Source: Auanema rhodensis (taxonomy: Eukaryota; Animalia; Nematoda). From it: a stretch of 64,000 nucleotides of DNA. Positions 57,501 to 64,000 of this stretch are shown here, piece by piece (the first letter of the stretch is position 1; the number at the start of each line of letters is the position of its first letter). Position numbers and translations under genes: made by a program. Location of the stretch: NCBI GenBank assembly GCA_964057225.1, contig OZ059896.1, forward strand, positions 22,134,001 through 22,198,000. The letters run 5' to 3'. A model generated the notes under the pieces. It did not search any database, had not been told where the DNA came from, and worked only from the letters and a program-made list of their open reading frames with translations.

Positions 57501-60011
57501 AACATATACTTTTTGCTAAATTATTTTGAAATTTTTCGAAAAAATTTTTGTCAAAATGTTTTTGGAAGCAATGTTGAGTGTACATGGAAACTCAACATAC
57601 ACTAATGCATCATTTTTCAAACGATCATAACTAATTTTTGTATCAAGCGTTTCTCAATGTAGTATAGTGCATTCGATGCGAATTTTTAAGCTGCGTCGAT
57701 CTGTGTTATCAGATTTGCGCTAGCTTAAAAATGCACCGAGATATCAACTGATATAAGTTCACACTTATATCCTCGATTTTCACCCTGAAGAATTAATTTT
57801 TTCGTTGAATAACATTGTCCATCGTCTTTGCCTAGAAAAAAGGAATCTAAAAACATCTACTTTTTGCTAAATTATTTTGAAATTTTTCGAAAAAATTTTT
57901 GTCAAAATGTTTTTGGAAGCAATGTTGAGTGTACATGGAAACTCAACATACACTAATGCATCATTTTTCAAACGATCATAACTAATTTTTGTATCAAGCG
58001 TTTCTCAATGTAGTATAGTGCATTCGATGCGGATTTTTAAGCTGCGTCGATCTGTGTTATCAGATTTGCGCTAGCTTAAAAATGCACCGAGATATCAACT
58101 GATATAAGTTTACACTTATATCCTCGATTTTCACCCTGAAGAATTAATTTTTTCGTTAAATAACATTGTCCATCGTCTTTGCCTTGAAAAATGGAATCTA
58201 AAAACATCTACTTTTTGCTAAATTATTTTGAAATTTTTCGAAAAAATTTTTGTCAAAATGTTTTTGGAAGCAATGTTGAGTGTACATGGAAACTCAACAT
58301 ACACTAATGCATCATTTTTCAAACGATCATAACTAATTTTTGTATCAAGCGTTTCTCAATGTAGTATAGTGCATTCGATGCGAATTTTTAAGCTGCGTCG
58401 ATCTGTGTTATCAGATTTGCGCTAGCTTAAAAATGCACCGAGATATCAACTGATATAAGTTCACACTTATATCCTCGATTTTCACCCTGAAGAATTAATT
58501 TTTTCGTTGAATAACATTGTCCATCGTCTTTGCCTTAAAAACAGGAATCTAAAAACATCTACTTTTTGCTAAATTATTTTGAAATTTTTCGAAAAAATTT
58601 TTGTCAAAATGTTTTTGGAAGCAATGTTGAGTGTACATGGAAACTCAACATACACTAATGCATCATTTTTCAAACGATCATAACTAATTTTTGTATCAAA
58701 CGTTTCTCAATGTAGTATAGTGCATTCGATGCGGATTTTTAAGCTGCGTCGATCTGTGTTATCAGATTTGCGCTAGCTTAAAAATGCACCGAGATATCAA
58801 CTGATATAAGTTCACACTTATATCCTCGATTTTCACCCTGAAGAATTAATTTTTTCGTTGAATAACATTGTCCATCGTCTTTGCCTTAAAAACAGGAATC
58901 TAAAAACATCTACTTTTTGCTAAATTATTTTGAAATTTTTCGAAAAAATTTTTGTCAAAATGTTTTTGGAAGCAATGTTGAGTGTACATGGAAACTCAAC
59001 ATACACTAATGCATCATTTTTCAAACGATCATAACTAATTTTTGTATCAAACGTTTCTCAATGTAGTATAGTGCATTCGATGCGGATTTTTGAGCTGCGT
59101 CGATCTGTGTTATCAGATTTGCGCTAGCTTAAAAATGCACCGAGATATCAACTGATATAAGTTCACACTTATATCCTCGATTTTCACCCTGAAGAATTAA
59201 TTTTTTCGTTGAATAACATTGTCCATCGTCTTTGCCTTAAAAACAGGAATCTAAAAACATCTACTTTTTGCTAAATTATTTTGAAATTTTTCGAAAAAAT
59301 TTTTGTCAAAATGTTTTTGGAAGCAATGTTGAGTGTACATGGAAACTCAACATACACTAATGCATCATTTTTCAAACGATCATAACTAATTTTTGTATCA
59401 AACGTTTCTCAATGTAGTATAGTGCATTCGATGCGGATTTTTAAGCTGCGTCGATCTGTGTTATCAGATTTGCGCTAGCTTAAAAATGCACCGAGATATC
59501 AACTGATATAAGTTCACACTTATATCCTCGATTTTCACCCTGAAGAATTAATTTTTTCGTTGAATAACATTGTCCATCGTCTTTGCCTTAAAAACAGGAA
59601 TCTAAAAACATCTACTTTTTGCTAAATTATTTTGAAATTTTTCGAAAAAATTTTTGTCAAAATGTTTTTGGAAGCAATGTTGAGTGTACATGGAAACTCA
59701 ACATACACTAATGCATCATTTTTCAAACGATCATAACTAATTTTTGTATCAAACGTTTCTCAATGTAGTATAGTGCATTCGATGCGGATTTTTAAGCTGC
59801 GTCGATCTGTGTTATCAGATTTGCGCTAGCTTAAAAATGCACCGAGATATCAACTGATATAAGTTCACACTTATATCCTCGATTTTCACCCTGAAGAATT
59901 AATTTTTTCGTTGAATAACATTGTCCATCGTCTTTGCCTTAAAAACAGGAATCTAAAAACATCTACTTTTTGCTAAATTATTTTGAAATTTTTCGAAAAA
60001 ATTTTTGTCAA

Positions 60012-63000
60012 AATGTTTTTGGAAGCAATGTTGAGTGTACATGGAAACTCAACATACACTAATGCATCATTTTTCAAACGATCATAACTAATTTTTGTAT
60101 CAAACGTTTCTCAATGTAGTATAGTGCATTCGATGCGGATTTTTGAGCTGCGTCGATCTGTGTTATCAGATTTGCGCTAGCTTAAAAATGCACCGAGATA
60201 TCAACTGATATAAGTTCACACTTATATCCTCGATTTTCACCCTGAAGAATTAATTTTTTCGTTGAATAACATTGTCCATCGTCTTTGCCTTAAAAACAGG
60301 AATCTAAAAACATCTACTTTTTGCTAAATTATTTTGAAATTTTTCGAAAAAATTTTTGTCAAAATGTTTTTGGAAGCAATGTTGAGTGTACATGGAAACT
60401 CAACATACACTAATGCATCATTTTTCAAACGATCATAACTAATTTTTGTATCAAACGTTTCTCAATGTAGTATAGTGCATTCGATGCGGATTTTTAAGCT
60501 GCGTCGATCTGTGTTATCAGATTTGCGCTAGCTTAAAAATGCACCGAGATATCAACTGATGTAAGTTCACACTTATATCCTCGATTTTCACCCTGAAGAA
60601 TTAATTTTTTCGTTGAATAACATTGTCCATCGTCTTTGCCTTGAAAAAAGGAATCTAAAAACATCTACTTTTTGCTAAATTATTTTGAAATTTTTCGAAA
60701 AAATTTTTGTCAAAATGTTTTTGGAAGCAATGTTGAGTGTACATGGAAACTCAACATACACTAATGCATCATTTTTCAAACGATCATAACTAATTTTTGT
60801 TTCAAACGTTTCTCAATGTAGTATAGTGCATTCGATGCGGATTTTTGAGCTGCGTCGATCTGTGTTATCAGATTTGCGCTAGCTTAAAAATGCACCGAGA
60901 TATCAACTGATATAAGTTCACACTTATATCCTCGATCTTCACCCTGAAGAATTAATTTTTTCGTTGAATAACATTGTCCATCGTCTTTGCCTTGAAAAAA
61001 GGAATCTAAAAACATCTACTTTTTGCTGAATTATTTTGAAATTTTTCGAAAAAATTTTTGTCAAAATGTTTTTGGAAGCAATGTTGAGTGTACATGGAAA
61101 CTCAACATACACTAATGCATCATTTTTCAAACGATCATAACTAATTTTTGTATTAAGCGTTTCTCAATGTAGTATAGTGCATTCGATGCGGATTTTTAAG
61201 CTGCGTCGATCTGTGTTATCAGATTTGCGCTAGCTTAAAAATGCACCGAGATATCAACTGATGTAAGTTCACACTTATATCCTCGATTTTCACCCTGAAG
61301 AATTAATTTTTTCGTTGAATAACATTGTCCATCGTCTTTGCCTAGAAAAAAGGAATCTAAAAACATATACTTTTTGCTAAATTATTTTGAAATTTTTCGA
61401 AAAAATTTTTGTCAAAATGTTTTTGGAAGCAATGTTGAGTGTACATGGAAACTCAACATACACTAATGCATCATTTTTCAAACGATCATAACTAATTTTT
61501 GTATCAAACGTTTCTCAATGTAGTATAGTGCATTCGATGCGGATTTTTGAGCTGCGTCGATCTGTGTTATCAGATTTGCGCTAGCTTAAAAATGCACCGA
61601 GATATCAACTGATATAAGTTCACACTTATATCCTCGATTTTCACCCTGAAGAATTAATTTTTTCGTTGAATAACATTGTCCATCGTCTTTGCCTTAAAAA
61701 CAGGAATCTAAAAACATCTACTTTTTGCTAAATTATTTTGAAATTTTTCGAAAAAATTTTTGTCAAAATGTTTTTGGAAGCAATGTTGAGTGTACATGGA
61801 AACTCAACATACACTAATGCATCATTTTTCAAACGATCATAACTAATTTTTGTATCAAACGTTTCTCAATGTAGTATAGTGCATTCGATGCGGATTTTTA
61901 AGCTGCGTCGATCTGTGTTATCAGATTTGCGCTAGCTTAAAAATGCACCGAGATATCAACTGATGTAAGTTCACACTTATATCCTCGATTTTCACCCTGA
62001 AGAATTAATTTTTTCGTTGAATAACATTGTCCATCGTCTTTGCCTTGAAAAAAGGAATCTAAAAACATCTACTTTTTGCTAAATTATTTTGAAATTTTTC
62101 GAAAAAATTTTTGTCAAAATGTTTTTGGAAGCAATGTTGAGTGTACATGGAAACTCAACATACACTAATGCATCATTTTTCAAACGATCATAACTAATTT
62201 TTGTTTCAAACGTTTCTCAATGTAGTATAGTGCATTCGATGCGGATTTTTGAGCTGCGTCGATCTGTGTTATCAGATTTGCGCTAGCTTAAAAATGCACC
62301 GAGATATCAACTGATATAAGTTCACACTTATATCCTCGATTTTCACCCTGAAGAATTAATTTTTTCGTTGAATAACATTGTCCATCGTCTTTGCCTTGAA
62401 AAAAGGAATCTAAAAACATCTACTTTTTGCTGAATTATTTTGAAATTTTTCGAAAAAATTTTTGTCAAAATGTTTTTGGAAGCAATGTTGAGTGTACATG
62501 GAAACTCAACATACACTAATGCATCATTTTTCAAACGATCATAACTAATTTTTGTATTAAGCGTTTCTCAATGTAGTATAGTGCATTCGATGCGGATTTT
62601 TAAGCTGCGTCGATCTGTGTTATCAGATTTGCGCTAGCTTAAAAATGCACCGAGATATCAACTGATGTAAGTTCACACTTATATCCTCGATTTTCACCCT
62701 GAAGAATTAATTTTTTCGTTGAATAACATTGTCCATCGTCTTTGCCTAGAAAAAAGGAATCTAAAAACATATACTTTTTGCTAAATTATTTTGAAATTTT
62801 TCGAAAAAATTTTTGTCAAAATGTTTTTGGAAGCAATGTTGAGTGTACATGGAAACTCAACATACACTAATGCATCATTTTTCAAACGATCATAACTAAT
62901 TTTTGTATCAAGCGTTTCTCAATGTAGTATAGTGCATTCGATGCGGATTTTTGAGCTGCGTCGATCTGTGTTATCAGATTTGCGCTAGCTTAAAAATGCA

Positions 63001-64000
63001 CCGAGATATCAACTGATATAAGTTCACACTTATATCCTCGATTTTCACCCTGAAGAATTAATTTTTTCGTTGAATAACATTGTCCATCGTCTTTGCCTTA
63101 AAAACAGGAATCTAAAAACATCTACTTTTTGCTAAATTATTTTGAAATTTTTCGAAAAAATTTTTGTCAAAATGTTTTTGGAAGCAATGTTGAGTGTACA
63201 TGGAAACTCAACATACACTAATGCATCATTTTTCAAACGATCATAACTAATTTTTGTATCAAACGTTTCTCAATGTAGTATAGTGCATTCGATGCGGATT
63301 TTTAAGCTGCGTCGATCTGTGTTATCAGATTTGCGCTAGCTTAAAAATGCACCGAGATATCAACTGATGTAAGTTCACACTTATATCCTCGATTTTCACC
63401 CTGAAGAATTAATTTTTTCGTTGAATAACATTGTCCATCGTCTTTGCCTTGAAAAAAGGAATCTAAAAACATCTACTTTTTGCTAAATTATTTTGAAATT
63501 TTTCGAAAAAATTTTTGTCAAAATGTTTTTGGAAGCAATGTTGAGTGTACATGGAAACTCAACATACACTAATGCATCATTTTTCAAACGATCATAACTA
63601 ATTTTTGTTTCAAACGTTTCTCAATGTAGTATAGTGCATTCGATGCGGATTTTTGAGCTGCGTCGATCTGTGTTATCAGATTTGCGCTAGCTTAAAAATG
63701 CACCGAGATATCAACTGATATAAGTTCACACTTATATCCTCGATCTTCACCCTGAAGAATTAATTTTTTCGTTGAATAACATTGTCCATCGTCTTTGCCT
63801 TGAAAAAAGGAATCTAAAAACATCTACTTTTTGCTGAATTATTTTGAAATTTTTCGAAAAAATTTTTGTCAAAATGTTTTTGGAAGCAATGTTGAGTGTA
63901 CATGGAAACTCAACATACACTAATGCATCATTTTTCAAACGATCATAACTAATTTTTGTATTAAGCGTTTCTCAATGTAGTATAGTGCATTCGATGCGGA
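60012..64000. repeat. 4-monomer (1404-bp) higher-order repeat, ~3 copies, running off the window
   Basis: M172-175, M176-179 and M180-183 share haplotype order. The ORF-track hits at 60939, 62343 and 63747 are exactly 1404 apart. Confidence 0.85.

Larger units (their letters stand above)
1..64000. repeat. Tandem satellite DNA array, 351-bp AT-rich monomer, 182 full copies plus a 128-bp partial, open at both window ends
   Basis: AATGTTTTTGGAAGC recurs at 1, 352, 703 ... 7021, 14041, 17551 (period 351). The phase slips by exactly 10 nt between 17551 and 31581 (ten 1-bp deletions), then stays exact to 63171/63522/63873. No unique sequence or inversion seen. Confidence 0.99.
33336..64000. repeat. 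Haplotype domain C (M96-M183)
   Basis: Marked by p127A, p134G, p206T+p253A, p280A, p312C, p315G, frequent p93A/p199G/p286C; no indels. The boundary with B is gradual (p90C, p93A, p199G, p287T are shared). Confidence 0.8.

Noticed and set aside
34614-63938. Six identical 63-aa minus-strand ORFs (MKNDALVYVEF...)
   Set aside because: They start at TTG, with no upstream in-frame ATG before a TGA. They exist only where p315 A>G changes TAG to CAG. Two more p315G copies (M140, M145) drop out only because p65G turns the TTG into TCG. The K/F/I/N-rich sequence reflects A/T runs and I recognise no domain.
1-64000. CRISPR array or integron attC-like array suggested by regularly spaced palindromes
   Set aside because: There are no unique spacers or cassettes; the entire 351 bp repeats, and no cas or integrase gene is present.
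1-64000. Rolling-circle concatemer of a small circle, viroid-like element or amplification artefact
   Set aside because: Variants are shared, linked and positionally structured into domains and nested duplications, unlike random errors on a single template.

Overview
The whole 64 kb is one uninterrupted head-to-tail tandem array (satellite DNA) of an AT-rich 351-bp monomer (108/351 = ~31% GC in monomer 1). It holds 182 complete monomers (172 of 351 bp, 10 of 350 bp) plus a 128-bp partial copy, all in the same orientation. By my manual reading each monomer differs from the consensus at 0-9 positions. I found no credible gene, RNA gene, transposon or CRISPR array. The six 63-aa ORFs are a by-product of one TAG>CAG variant and start at TTG. 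I cannot name the satellite family or species; a eukaryotic heterochromatic or (peri)centromeric satellite is the most likely identity (inference). The informative structure is at two levels. First, the monomer contains four dyad-symmetry elements and an A/T-tract block. Second, SNP haplotypes split the array into three domains and reveal local multi-monomer duplications (3-, 4-, 5-, 7-, 8-mers), a nested duplication that captured a domain boundary, and a reshuffled 5-monomer order. I do not see evidence for a new gene-based system. Notation: Mn = nth monomer (M1 starts at 1), pN = position within the monomer. Variants were read by eye and should be confirmed by alignment.
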